Source: an uncultured Acidimicrobiales bacterium (lineage in GTDB: Bacteria; Actinomycetota; Acidimicrobiia; Acidimicrobiales; UBA10347). Taken from it: 37,835 nt of DNA. The notes below the pieces were generated by a model, which was not told the DNA's origin, did not search any database, and saw nothing but the letters and a program-made list of their open reading frames with translations. Location of the stretch: assembly GCA_943788915.1 (NCBI GenBank), contig CALSSD010000015.1, positions 1-37,835 of the forward strand, given 5' to 3'. Every line of letters starts with the position of its first letter. Position 1 is the stretch's first letter. Below are positions 28,537-37,835 of this stretch, one piece after another. The position numbers were made by a program, and so were the translations under genes.

Positions 28537-28643
28537 GGCTGCATTGTGACGAACCAAATGGCGAATGGCTAGCCCGAATATGTCAACAACTCGCGTTGGT
28601 GCCCGGTTCCCCTATCGCGACTCGATGCTGCAATGATCGAGAA

Positions 28644-29135
28644 ATGCCGAGAATGCAACCCGACTTCTATCAGCGCTTCCTCACCGAACCCCATGTGGGC
28701 GTCCTAGCGACATTGCGCGAGAATGGCCTTCCGTACACGGTGCCCATCTGGTGGTTGTGGCACGACGATGCCTTCTGGCTGACCGGCACCTACGGACGTG
28801 TGTGGTGTAAACAACTCATTGCCGATCCTCGTTGTTCACTCTGCGTTGAGGCACTAGGTGAGTCCGCTGGTCACATCGGTATCGATGGGAACGCCGAGCC
28901 GTTCGAACTGCATGACTTCGACATTTGGCCAATCAGTCGGCTGCTCGTAGATAAATACGTTGGATCGGTGCCCGGCGGCGACCCCGACGCGTTCTTCGAC
29001 AACATGCAGACCGAACCCCGACTGCTGTTCCGCATTCAGCCACAAGAACGCAACAACGCGGTCCGAGCCATCGATATGCGTATCTACCGGGGCAAACGTT
29101 CCGATCGCTCGTACCAAGGAGACGTCCAACCATGA
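28644..29135 (+). CDS. Pyridoxamine 5'-phosphate oxidase-like (PPOX) protein
   Basis: FL.EP.VGVLATLR.NG.P..VPIW, L..DPR.SLCV, KY, R....I.P. Confidence 0.8.
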   Translation: MPRMQPDFYQRFLTEPHVGVLATLRENGLPYTVPIWWLWHDDAFWLTGTYGRVWCKQLIADPRCSLCVEALGESAGHIGIDGNAEPFELHDFDIWPISRLLVDKYVGSVPGGDPDAFFDNMQTEPRLLFRIQPQERNNAVRAIDMRIYRGKRSDRSYQGDVQP

Positions 29136-29163
29136 CGACGTCCCACGTCGGTATCTGCCACGA

Positions 29164-29760
29164 TTACAGCTCGTGGTTGTAACCACTGGTGGTGCGGTAT
29201 AGCAGCCGTTCGTGACCGTCATAGCCGCCGGTCGCCTTGTGGAGGATGCACCGGTTATCCCACACGACCAACATGTCCGGCTGCCAACTGTGGATGTACA
29301 CAAACTCGTCGCGGGATTGCCAGCTGTAGACCTCGCGCAGCAGTTCCATGGCCGACTCCTGCTCCATGCCATCGATGCCGATGATGAACCCGATCGTGCT
29401 GTACGACGTGTCTTCGCCGGTCTCACGATGGGGACGAACCATCGGGTGTAGCTGGATTGAGTACGCGCTCTCGTCGGTCACGATGTTCATGGCTCGTTCG
29501 TTGTCCTTGTCCGGCTCGCCGTACACGCCGTCGGACGCATAGGGAATCTGTGCCGAATGGACGACCTTCAGGTCCTGGATTCGTTCACGCAGTTCGTCTG
29601 GCATGGCAGCCAACGCTGCCGCCTGATTCGCAAAGTGGGTGTCGCCACCGACGGGCGGGATGATCTTGGCAAACAGGCATGTGCCATCTGGCGGGAACTC
29701 TTGGGAGCTCAACTCAGCATGCCAGCTGTCCGCAAAGATTGGTGCTGTCTCGTCGGCTGA
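29164..29760 (-). pseudogene. 5'-truncated TauD-family dioxygenase
   Basis: Begins just before the first iron-ligand motif (ADETAPIFADSWHAELS), then PP.GGDT.FANQ, HP.VR.H.ETG, WDNRC.LH.ATGGY.GH.R. The usual ~90 N-terminal residues are missing. Confidence 0.75.
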
Positions 29761-29962
29761 GCGCATCGTCGCTCGCTGTGTCAGAGTCTCGATTGGCCAT
29801 CAATAGGCCAGCGGCAGCAGCAAGTCCGGCAATCACGACTAGAAGAAGGCCAACGACTGCGAATCGTTTGCCTTTTCCCTGGTTGGGGCCTCGAGAGTTG
29901 GAGCCCTGGTTGTTGGGTCGTGATGGCGGCGATCCGCCTGGTGGCTGTTGCCAGTTGGTCAT
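29714..29962 (-). pseudogene. 5' fragment of a membrane-anchored protein, running out of frame into the TauD remnant
   Basis: AGGAG RBS, then MTNWQQPPGGSPP...KRFAVVGLLLVVIAGLAAAAGLLMANRDSD (Pro/Gln tail plus TM helix). It terminates inside TauD-derived sequence. Confidence 0.6.
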
Positions 29963-30122
29963 CAGACGCACTCCTTTGTTGAGGTACCTCCAGTGTCAAG
30001 CACTACCCCATGGCATTCTGTGCTCCCCTTCACACTCACGCCATGACCTTTGACCCCACCCAAGGTTCTCTTGGCGCACGTTCATTATTTGGATTCACCC
30101 AAACCGTCTAGGTTCGACAGCG

Positions 30123-31280
30123 ATGTCGTCTTCTCGCCCACTTCCGCTCGATGGGGTCGTTGTCCTTGACCTCGGCCAAATTTATCAGGGTCCGTATGCC
30201 GGGTTCCTACTCGCCCAATCTGGCGCGCGAGTGATCAAAGTAGAACCGCCGCAAGGTGAATCCGCCCGGGGCCGGGGCCCGACCTTGCCGTTCGCGATGC
30301 TGAACAGCGGCAAGGAATGCATCACGCTCGACCTGAAATCAACCGAGGGTGTCGCTCAGTTCAAACAACTTGTGCGCACGGCCGATGTTGTACTCATGAA
30401 CTACGCGCCCGGCGTCCCCGAACGACTAGGAATTGGGTACGACGTTCTGTCGGAGCTCAACCCAAAACTGGTGTACGCCCATGCGTGTGGGTTCGGCGTC
30501 CGCAACCTCGACGGTTCACCCACCGAGTCGACGATTCCGGCCATGGATCTCACGGTGCAAGCTCACAGCGGATCCATGAGCACAACCGGGCACGACCACG
30601 ACCCGCCACTAAAATCAGGCACGGCGTTCATCGACTTTTTGGGCGGGACCCACCTCTTCGGGGCCATCACTACCGCGCTGTTCGAAGTCGAACGAACTGG
30701 TCAGGGCCGGTCCGTCGAAGTCGCCATGGCCGACGCTGCGTACTTCACACTCGCCACCCACTTGAGCCAGTGGCAGCAGACCGGCACCACGATGCGCAAC
30801 GGCAACCGCCATGCCGGTCTCGGCATGGCGCCGTACAACGTCTACGAATGCGCCGACGGCCACCTGGCCATCATCTGTGTTGCAAACCGGCACTGGCGGG
30901 CGTTACTCACCGCGATCGACCGCGACGATCTCCTCGACGACGAACGCCTTCGGGGTCAGACCGGACGAGCCGAACACATGGTCGAGGTCGATGCCATCGT
31001 CACGGCATGGTCGTCGCAGCTGCCGAAATTCGAGGCAGCCGACATTCTGCAGAAGGCCCACGTTCCGGCCGCAGCGGTACGCACGGTTGACGAGATCGTG
31101 CATGATGAGCGTCAGATCGAGCGGCGGGCCATCCAATGGATCAATCACCCAGATCTCGGCGACATCCCGTTGCACACCAGCCCAATCCGGTGGCACGACA
31201 GCGAACTCGCAGACCTGGTTGCGAACCGCTCGCTCGGCGCCGACAACGAACGTGTTTTTGGCGAGTTCAGTTCGGACTAG
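30123..31280 (+). CDS. CaiB/BaiF (family III) CoA-transferase
   Basis: PLDG..VLDL.Q...GP, GA.VIKVEPP.G, N.GK..ITLDLK, ADV...N..PG...RLG.GY, D..VQA.SG.M, PYNVY.C.DG. Confidence 0.94.
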   Translation: MSSSRPLPLDGVVVLDLGQIYQGPYAGFLLAQSGARVIKVEPPQGESARGRGPTLPFAMLNSGKECITLDLKSTEGVAQFKQLVRTADVVLMNYAPGVPERLGIGYDVLSELNPKLVYAHACGFGVRNLDGSPTESTIPAMDLTVQAHSGSMSTTGHDHDPPLKSGTAFIDFLGGTHLFGAITTALFEVERTGQGRSVEVAMADAAYFTLATHLSQWQQTGTTMRNGNRHAGLGMAPYNVYECADGHLAIICVANRHWRALLTAIDRDDLLDDERLRGQTGRAEHMVEVDAIVTAWSSQLPKFEAADILQKAHVPAAAVRTVDEIVHDERQIERRAIQWINHPDLGDIPLHTSPIRWHDSELADLVANRSLGADNERVFGEFSSD

Positions 31281-31309
31281 GCCGTAGTCACCGAGTCGCA
31301 GAAACCTGG

Positions 31310-32092
31310 TCAGCCACCGCCAAGCTGTGCGAGCCGGTCCAGCGAGATGCCGCAGTCGGTGAATACTTCAAGCAACGCAGTGACATCCTCCAACGCTGCA
31401 GGATCGGTGAAGTCCAGATTCTCGAACAGGCAGTTCGCTTCGGCTTCAGTGAATCCAGCTTCGACCAAGCCAAGAACTGCTTGATCACGGATCGTGCCTT
31501 CGAACTCGGGGAGGTCGTCGGATCCCTCGGTGGTGCCGTCCTCGGCGATCACCGGAGGCAGACCCGGATCAAGACCGATGCCGCACTCAGTGAAGTTGTA
31601 CGCCTCGATGTTGTACGTGGCCACTTCCATGGCGCCGCCAAGCTCCTCGATGATGCCGAGGTCTAGATCAATGAAGGTCCAGTTCACATCGTCGAGGGCT
31701 GTGACCAGTGCGCCGAACCCCTCGATGGTCTGATCGAGATCATCAGCGATTTCGTTCGGAACCAACCGTGCAGACGCTGTCATGACTGCGAGCGCTTGGG
31801 TGAGCCCCCGCTCAAGCACCACTGGGTCGCCAAAGAACAGCGTGTCGAGTGCCTCGACACCTTCGTCGACGACAGCAGCGGCTTCGCACCAGTTGTCGGC
31901 TTGGGCCACGGCCCGGATGGCCTTAGCAGCGCCGGGATCTGATTCGGTAGGGGCCGAAGTTGGCTCCTCGTCTGGCACCGCGGCTGCGGCGTCGGCATCT
32001 GCGCCGACGCCGCTCGCGTCAATAGTGGTGTCGGACTTACAGCCCACCGCAAACAAGGCGAGCGCTGCGATAAGTACCAGAAGCTTCTTCAT
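31310..32092 (-). CDS. Acidic lipoprotein, unknown function
   Basis: MKKLLVLIAALALFAVG|C lipobox, low-complexity linker, paired Cys (WC...ECG; NC...DCG). Confidence 0.8.
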   Translation of the reverse strand: MKKLLVLIAALALFAVGCKSDTTIDASGVGADADAAAAVPDEEPTSAPTESDPGAAKAIRAVAQADNWCEAAAVVDEGVEALDTLFFGDPVVLERGLTQALAVMTASARLVPNEIADDLDQTIEGFGALVTALDDVNWTFIDLDLGIIEELGGAMEVATYNIEAYNFTECGIGLDPGLPPVIAEDGTTEGSDDLPEFEGTIRDQAVLGLVEAGFTEAEANCLFENLDFTDPAALEDVTALLEVFTDCGISLDRLAQLGGG

Positions 32093-32189
32093 GGCAGTCA
32101 CGGTAACCCATGCACCGACCTCGTACATGTGCCCTTTTACACAGGACCTCGTTTGGGAGCAGGATTCAGACCCGTCAGAACAAGATGAT

Positions 32190-33275
32190 CTAGAAGACGA
32201 TGACGCTTCGAGCCACACTGCCCGACTTCATGGCATCGAAACCTTCGTTGATTTCTTCGAGCGAGATCGTGTTGGACACCATTTCGTCGAGCTTGAGCCG
32301 GCCGTCGATGTACATGTCAACGAAACGGGGCATGTCGGTACGGAACTGATTGGAACCCATATTTGATCCGGTCAGCTTCTTTTCGGAGAGAAGCTCGGCG
32401 CCGTGGACCTCGATCTTGGTGCCCACAGGGATCATGCCGATCACGGTGGCCTGGCCACCGCTGCGCAACATCGAGAAACACTGTTCCGCCGTAGCTTTCA
32501 TACCCACCGCCTCGAAGCTGTGGTGCACACCGCCACCGGTGATGTCTTTAACCGCCTGCACGGCGTCGTCCTTGCTGGCGTTCACGACATGGGTTGCACC
32601 CATTGCCTGGGCAAGCTCAAGCTTGGACTCGACCATGTCGACAGCAATGATCTTGTTTGCCCCCGCGATACGAGCTCCTTGGATTGCCGACAAACCAATG
32701 CCGCCAGCACCCACAACACAGACCGACTCGCCCGCTGCGACCTTGGCTGTGCGGAAGACCGCACCAAGCCCAGTGGTCACACCGCAACCAATGAGAGCGG
32801 CCTTGTCGAGCGGCATGTCCTTGTCGATCTTTACCAGTGCGTGCTCGTGCACCAGCATCATCTCGGCAAACGACGACAGGTGTAAGAACTGGTTGACGGT
32901 CTCGCCGCCCCGGCTCAGCCGCGGACCTTCGCCAGGCTGACGAACCAACTCGGTCGCCTTGTTCTCGCACAGGGTCATGTGCCCATCGGTGCACTGGGAG
33001 CAGTGGCCGCAGAAGGCAGACAAACACGTGATCACATGGTCCCCAGGCTCCACGTAGTGGACCATGGAACCCACGGCCTCAACGACACCCGCCGATTCGT
33101 GCCCCAACACTGCAGGACACGGAAACGGGTATTTACCCTCCATGAAGTGCAAGTCGCTATGGCACACACCCGCGGCTGACGTGCGGATCAGGACCTCGCG
33201 AGGACCCGGCTCGCCAATCTCGATGTCTTCGATCTCGAGTACACCGGGGATGGAATTCAGTACCGCAGCCTTCAT
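32190..33275 (-). CDS. Zn-dependent alcohol dehydrogenase (class III-like)
   Basis: GVCHSD, GHESAG, CGHCSQC..G...LC, IGCGV.TG.GA, GAGGIG. Confidence 0.95.
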   Translation of the reverse strand: MKAAVLNSIPGVLEIEDIEIGEPGPREVLIRTSAAGVCHSDLHFMEGKYPFPCPAVLGHESAGVVEAVGSMVHYVEPGDHVITCLSAFCGHCSQCTDGHMTLCENKATELVRQPGEGPRLSRGGETVNQFLHLSSFAEMMLVHEHALVKIDKDMPLDKAALIGCGVTTGLGAVFRTAKVAAGESVCVVGAGGIGLSAIQGARIAGANKIIAVDMVESKLELAQAMGATHVVNASKDDAVQAVKDITGGGVHHSFEAVGMKATAEQCFSMLRSGGQATVIGMIPVGTKIEVHGAELLSEKKLTGSNMGSNQFRTDMPRFVDMYIDGRLKLDEMVSNTISLEEINEGFDAMKSGSVARSVIVF

Positions 33276-33342
33276 GGGGCCAACCTTTCGTCACGTTCTG
33301 TGCCAATCCTGGCACACGAGGTGCGGACTAGAACACTAGGCA

Positions 33343-34986
33343 TCACCGATGTTCGGCCCGGCGCAACACAAGGAACCACGACAACACGCCCGACATCGCT
33401 ACTAACACCACGGCCATAAGGCCAGCTTCGGCCACGAATGACTCTTCAAACGACAGGAAAATCCGGGTTGCCAGTGTCTGATAACCAATCGGCGCAATCA
33501 GCAGGCTGATCGGCAGTTCTTTCATCGTCGACAACAACACCAAACCAACGGCTGCCAACAGACCAGGAGCCATCAGCGGCAGGTCGATCGTCCGAAACCG
33601 ACGCAGGCGACCAGCGCCGAGTGTGGCCCCAACATCGTGGAACCGGTCTGGCACCGATTGCACCGCAACCAGCGTGATACCCATCGCAAGGGAGCCGAAG
33701 CGCACCACATAGGCAAAAATGAGCAATGCCTTCGAGTCGTAGAATAGATCACCAGCGAAACCCGATCGCAGCGTCCAAAACCGCAACGCGAGTGCGATCA
33801 AGATGCCAGGAAGCGCAAAACTGCCAATCACGATGGCATGGGAGAACGAGCCGGACCGACTCCGATAACGCCCGACCAGTAACGCAATGGGCAGTACCGC
33901 AGCCACCGACGCAAGTGCTGCCAACACACTCGACTCGAGTGTGTGCCTGGCGGCTTCGACGATTGTGTCAGCATCGACGGTAAGCGGGCGGCCGTCGCGG
34001 CTCGCTCTCGTGACCCCGTCGATGGCCCAATCGAGCATCGCTATCAGCGGTGCACCCACGGCGAGAAGCGCTACCGCCAGAACCACTATCCCGGCTGGCC
34101 ACCGCCACGCGCCGAGTCGATACTCCACCAGCCGAGTTGACCGAGCGGTTGCGTCTCCCGGAATCCTTCCGACCACGGCCCGTTCTCCCACAACCACAGC
34201 GATCGCAAGCAGCAATAACAGCAGGCTCAAGGCGAATGCGACGGAAGGCCGAGCCAGATAATTCGTGTTGATCGCCCGGGTCAGAGTGTCGTAGCGCATC
34301 AACTGGACGGCGCCAAAGTCACTGATCGTGTAGAGAAAAACCAGCAAGGTGCCAGCCAGAATTGCACTGGAAATCTGCGGCAGCACGATCCGTCGGAACG
34401 TCTGTCCGGGGCTGTCACCAAGCACTCGTGCACTTTCCTCGAGCGAACCAGCAAGCCGCTGCAGCCGAGCCACAACTGGCAGGTACACGTACGGATAGGT
34501 GAACAACGTCAACACCAGCCATGCGCCAAACAAGCCGCGTAACTCAAAGGTGCGGTCGATCCCCAAGTTGTTCAGAACATCGTTTGCCAAACCGCCGGGA
34601 TTAAGCGTGCGGATGAACGCTGCCGCGCCGATAAACGTGGGAAACACCAACGGAATCGGCAAGACCGTCCGCCACAAACGACGCAGCGGCACGTCGGTGC
34701 GGGTCGTGAGCCACGCCAGCGTTGTGCCGATGGCTGCTGACGCCAACGACACCAGCACTGCAAGTTGCATGGTTCGACCGAGCGGGTCAAGCGTGCGCGA
34801 TGAACGGAGCAGACCGATCGGATCAGCGTCGGTGCTGATGTTCCGCCAGACCACATAGATGCCAGGGAACGCAAAAGCGGCGGCGAGCACAACACCAACA
34901 GCCCGCAACACCCAAGGAGCTCGGGTGCGGCGTGGCGCTCGGTTACGTCCTCCAACCAAGGAGGACGGTGCGGTCGCAGCGGTCAC
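33343..34986 (-). CDS. Fe(III) ABC transporter permease (FbpB/FutB type)
   Basis: Duplicated permease: YPYVYLP...LEESAR.LG, SDFG.V, MKELP..L..P.G..TLA. Confidence 0.92.
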   Translation of the reverse strand: MTAATAPSSLVGGRNRAPRRTRAPWVLRAVGVVLAAAFAFPGIYVVWRNISTDADPIGLLRSSRTLDPLGRTMQLAVLVSLASAAIGTTLAWLTTRTDVPLRRLWRTVLPIPLVFPTFIGAAAFIRTLNPGGLANDVLNNLGIDRTFELRGLFGAWLVLTLFTYPYVYLPVVARLQRLAGSLEESARVLGDSPGQTFRRIVLPQISSAILAGTLLVFLYTISDFGAVQLMRYDTLTRAINTNYLARPSVAFALSLLLLLLAIAVVVGERAVVGRIPGDATARSTRLVEYRLGAWRWPAGIVVLAVALLAVGAPLIAMLDWAIDGVTRASRDGRPLTVDADTIVEAARHTLESSVLAALASVAAVLPIALLVGRYRSRSGSFSHAIVIGSFALPGILIALALRFWTLRSGFAGDLFYDSKALLIFAYVVRFGSLAMGITLVAVQSVPDRFHDVGATLGAGRLRRFRTIDLPLMAPGLLAAVGLVLLSTMKELPISLLIAPIGYQTLATRIFLSFEESFVAEAGLMAVVLVAMSGVLSWFLVLRRAEHR

Positions 34987-36113
34987 TGGTTGGCGATGCC
35001 GCTTGCTTCGACAATGTCGAGTGTGACTTCAAGCCCGCCGCCAAGTGAGTCGAAATCAATCGTTGCCGTGCCCGACGCATTGAGTGGCGGCAAGATCTCG
35101 GCCGACTGCACACCTGCGGCGAGTGGGTACTCGAACGTTTCCTCGGTGTAATACCGCTGTACCGGTTCAGAAAGCAGGTACCGGATGAGTTCATGCGCCT
35201 CGGCTGGATGAGGTGTGGTCTCGACCAGCGTTGCCGCGGTGATGATCAGTAGCGAGCCGATGTCGTCGCCCGACAGGTCATGATTCAGTGCCCGGTGGTC
35301 TTCACCAATGGCAGCCGCTTCTTGAAAGTTGTAGTAGTGGTTCACGAGACCTAGGTCGATCTCGCCCCGCCCAGCGGCGTCGACGATCGAGCGGTTGTTC
35401 GGGTAGTACTTGGCGCCGTTGGCCACCATGTCGTTGAGCCATTGTGTAGCGACATCGTCGCCCTCTTGAGCACGGAAGACCGTGAACCAGTCCAGGAACG
35501 AACCGTTCGTGCCAGGAATAGCCACTCGATCACGCCACTTCGCATCGGTGAGCTCGAAGACCGATTCCGGCAGTTCGTCTGCACTCACCGAATCAACGTT
35601 GTACACGGCAACCCGTTTACGGCCGGAGAAACCGACCCACGAACCCTCGTCGGAACGGTTCTGGATAGCAACAAGTGCAAGAACGTCGGCATCGAGTTCG
35701 CCCAGCAACCCACGCTGCTCAAGAAAGCCGATAGGCCCCGGACTATTGCTGAGGAATACATCGGCCTCGGTGCGATCGCCTTCTTCGGCCAGGGTGAGTG
35801 CCAGGTTGGTGGCGCTGTCATATCGCACCTTGGCCTCGATACCTGTTTCGCATTGGAAGGCGCTCAAGACCGGGTCCATCAGGTTCTCGCTGCGACCCGA
35901 ATAGATCGTGACCTCACGTCCGTCGAGAGCTACACAGTCACCGCCATAGATATCGGCGGCCACGCCGTCGAGCGGTTCGGGAATGTCACTGTTGCCGCAC
36001 GCTACGGCAATGGTGGCGACGACGAGCAGCAGTGCCGCAAGCCGTACCGTTGTTCGTCCCGCAACCGCTTGTCGCTTCGCTGTTGGTCGCACCGTCGTGA
36101 ATGCCGTTGTCAT
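34983..36113 (-). CDS. Fe(III) ABC transporter substrate-binding lipoprotein (FbpA/FutA type)
   Basis: IAVAC lipobox; IYSGR.E.L; EG..T.ADVF; GLVNHYY tandem Tyr iron ligands; FEYPL. Confidence 0.92.
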   Translation of the reverse strand: MTTAFTTVRPTAKRQAVAGRTTVRLAALLLVVATIAVACGNSDIPEPLDGVAADIYGGDCVALDGREVTIYSGRSENLMDPVLSAFQCETGIEAKVRYDSATNLALTLAEEGDRTEADVFLSNSPGPIGFLEQRGLLGELDADVLALVAIQNRSDEGSWVGFSGRKRVAVYNVDSVSADELPESVFELTDAKWRDRVAIPGTNGSFLDWFTVFRAQEGDDVATQWLNDMVANGAKYYPNNRSIVDAAGRGEIDLGLVNHYYNFQEAAAIGEDHRALNHDLSGDDIGSLLIITAATLVETTPHPAEAHELIRYLLSEPVQRYYTEETFEYPLAAGVQSAEILPPLNASGTATIDFDSLGGGLEVTLDIVEASGIANQ

Positions 36114-36141
36114 GAGGGGGCACGATAACGAGCTTCCCCCA

Positions 36142-36160
36142 GAAAGTAAAGGTTGCCTAA
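36142..36160 (-). promoter_or_regulatory. DtxR/IdeR iron box TTAGGCAACCTTTACTTTC
   Basis: 14/19 match to TWAGGTWAGSCTWACCTWA, in the divergent gap between the iron-binding protein gene and the dtxR-family gene. Confidence 0.75.
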
Positions 36161-36228
36161 CAAAAATATGTGATGCTGCCATACTGCAGTGTTCGGCACA
36201 GCCCACCGCAAACCGGTAGGGTGCACTG

Positions 36229-36906
36229 ATGAGTTACGACTCGACCGAACATCATCCGGCGTTCGAGGAATACACCGAGACAATCTACGAGCTCGCCGAA
36301 GACGGCATCACCGTCATTCAGGCCCGCATCGCCGAACGTCTTGATGTGTCTCGGCCCGCTGTCTCCGAAATGATTCGCCGCATGGACACCGAAGGCCTTG
36401 TCGCTGTCGACGACAGGGGTCACATCGTGCTGACCCACTCCGGACAGGCACTTGCTACCACCATGGTTCGACGCCACCGACTCGCCGAGCGCTTCTTGAC
36501 CGACATCTTGGGCCTGAACTGGACGACCGCTCACCACGAGGCCGGGCGATGGGAACATGTCATTTCACCCGAGGTCGAGACCGCCATGCTTCGTGTGCTC
36601 GAAGACCCGACTACCTGCCCCCACGGAAACCCGATTCCGGGCAGCAGCTACACCGAACCGGCAAACGCAATGGTGCTGGCCAAGATCGCCACCGGCGCCA
36701 ACTTTACGGTCATCCGGATTCCTGAAGAACTTGAATTCGAAACCGGCCAACTTGAGTTCTTAGAGAGCTCGGGCCTGATGCCAGGCCGCGTTGGCACCAT
36801 GCTCTCGATCGCCCCCGACGGCACAGCAACCGTCCGCGTCGATGGCACACCGGTCGGCCTTGGTTCTGGCACGACCAGTCGCATTGTGGTCACTGCCGCA
36901 TCGTGA
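36229..36906 (+). CDS. DtxR/IdeR-family iron-dependent repressor with C-terminal SH3/FeoA-like domain
   Basis: EEY.ETIYEL.EDG....ARIAERL.VS.P.VS, RRHRLAERFL.D.LGL, H.EA.RWEHVIS, P.TCPHGNPIPG. Confidence 0.93.
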   Translation: MSYDSTEHHPAFEEYTETIYELAEDGITVIQARIAERLDVSRPAVSEMIRRMDTEGLVAVDDRGHIVLTHSGQALATTMVRRHRLAERFLTDILGLNWTTAHHEAGRWEHVISPEVETAMLRVLEDPTTCPHGNPIPGSSYTEPANAMVLAKIATGANFTVIRIPEELEFETGQLEFLESSGLMPGRVGTMLSIAPDGTATVRVDGTPVGLGSGTTSRIVVTAAS

Positions 36907-37835
36907 CATTCGCCGTCCACGCGCCAGACGTAACAGTCAGCGGCGTTCACCATGCCTACGACGCAGCGCCAGTACTGCACGATGTAAGCGTCGGCATCAA
37001 CGCCGGCCAATCCCTTGCACTGCTCGGCCCAAGTGGCTGCGGGAAGACGACACTACTGCGACTCATCGCTGGACTCGAACGACCGCTCCAAGGCCATATC
37101 ACCATCGGTGACACCTGCGTTGCCGGTGATGGACACTGGGTTCCACCCGAGCAGCGTCGAGTCGGCATGGTTTTCCAAGACTGGGCACTCTTCCCCCATC
37201 TCAGTGTCGAAGCCAACGTTGCCTATGGACTCCCCCGTTCCGAGCGCAAAGGAAATCGAGTTGCAGAAGCGCTCAAGCTTGTCGGGCTAAAAGATCTCAG
37301 CGATCGCATGCCGGCAACCCTTTCGGGCGGGCAGCAACAGCGGGTCGCCTTGGCACGAGCGCTCGCACCCCAACCAGCCGTGCTACTGCTCGACGAACCG
37401 TTCTCCAACCTCGACACAGCACTGCGCATCGAGGTCCGCACCGACGTCCATCGACTACTCCACGAACTCGGTATCACCGCTATCTTCGTCACCCACGACC
37501 AAGAAGAAGCCTTTGTGCTTGGTGATCAGGTGGCCGTTATGCGAGAAGGGCGCATCGTGCAAGTGGACACGCCCCAGGGCCTGTACACCGAACCTGCCGA
37601 TCGGGCAGTCGCCGAATTTGTGGGTGCTGGGTCGTTAATTCGTGCAACCGCTTCTGATGGCAAGGCCGATTCACCGTGCGGCCGCATCGCTGTCAGCGTC
37701 GCGAACGGCGACGTCGATGTGTTGTTCCGGCCGGAACAAATCACGCTGCTCGACCATGGCGATGCCACGGTTGATCTCGTCGAGTACTACGGCCACGATG
37801 CGATGGTCTTTGTGCGCACCCCAGCGGACAAACAT
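36903..37835 (+). CDS. Fe(III) ABC transporter ATP-binding protein (FbpC type), 3' end beyond the window
   Basis: Not in the ORF track (no stop). The GTG overlaps the dtxR stop (GTGA). Motifs GPSGCGKTT, VFQDWALFPHL, LSGGQQQRVALARALA, LLLDEPFSNLD, FVTHDQEEA. Confidence 0.93.
   Translation, partial: MTFAVHAPDVTVSGVHHAYDAAPVLHDVSVGINAGQSLALLGPSGCGKTTLLRLIAGLERPLQGHITIGDTCVAGDGHWVPPEQRRVGMVFQDWALFPHLSVEANVAYGLPRSERKGNRVAEALKLVGLKDLSDRMPATLSGGQQQRVALARALAPQPAVLLLDEPFSNLDTALRIEVRTDVHRLLHELGITAIFVTHDQEEAFVLGDQVAVMREGRIVQVDTPQGLYTEPADRAVAEFVGAGSLIRATASDGKADSPCGRIAVSVANGDVDVLFRPEQITLLDHGDATVDLVEYYGHDAMVFVRTPADKH

Noticed and set aside
30123..31280. CoA-transferase as the benzoate-activating enzyme for BoxBC
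   Set aside because: It is 25 kb away, and family III substrate specificity cannot be read from the sequence.
1..37835. CRISPR arrays, tRNA/rRNA, riboswitches (including cobalamin), transposases, integrases
   Set aside because: Intergenic gaps are short and none showed such repeats or motifs by eye. A covariance-model scan was not run, so small RNAs cannot be fully excluded.

Overview
GC-rich (roughly 60% by eye) gene-dense bacterial DNA. It is most likely actinobacterial, plausibly Acidimicrobiia; this is inferred from an F420-type LLM and PPOX enzyme, an SCO6745-type protein, a DUF4916-type NUDIX and a DtxR/IdeR regulator with its box. The window is mostly accessory catabolism. The left end holds the main finding: the 5' part of a frameshift-masked, NpRdhA/BhbA-type catabolic (B12-dependent) reductive dehalogenase directly downstream of a PaaX-family repressor. 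That pair is divergent from boxC-boxB (aerobic benzoyl-CoA epoxide pathway), with a TGTAG-N5-CTACA palindrome between them, and no boxA/boxD/boxR appears in the window. Next come many oxidoreductases and hydrolases, including a same-strand run of dienelactone hydrolase, class-V aminotransferase, atypical PanB-like protein, TfdA-like dioxygenase and SolA-like oxidase. There is also a CLC-CBS channel, three apparently genuine gene remnants and, at the right end, an Fe(III) ABC transporter split around a DtxR regulator. At least 15 single-base frameshifts look like long-read sequencing errors. No rRNA, tRNA, CRISPR or mobile element was recognised. Family calls come from motif recognition and recalled sequences; no database search was run.
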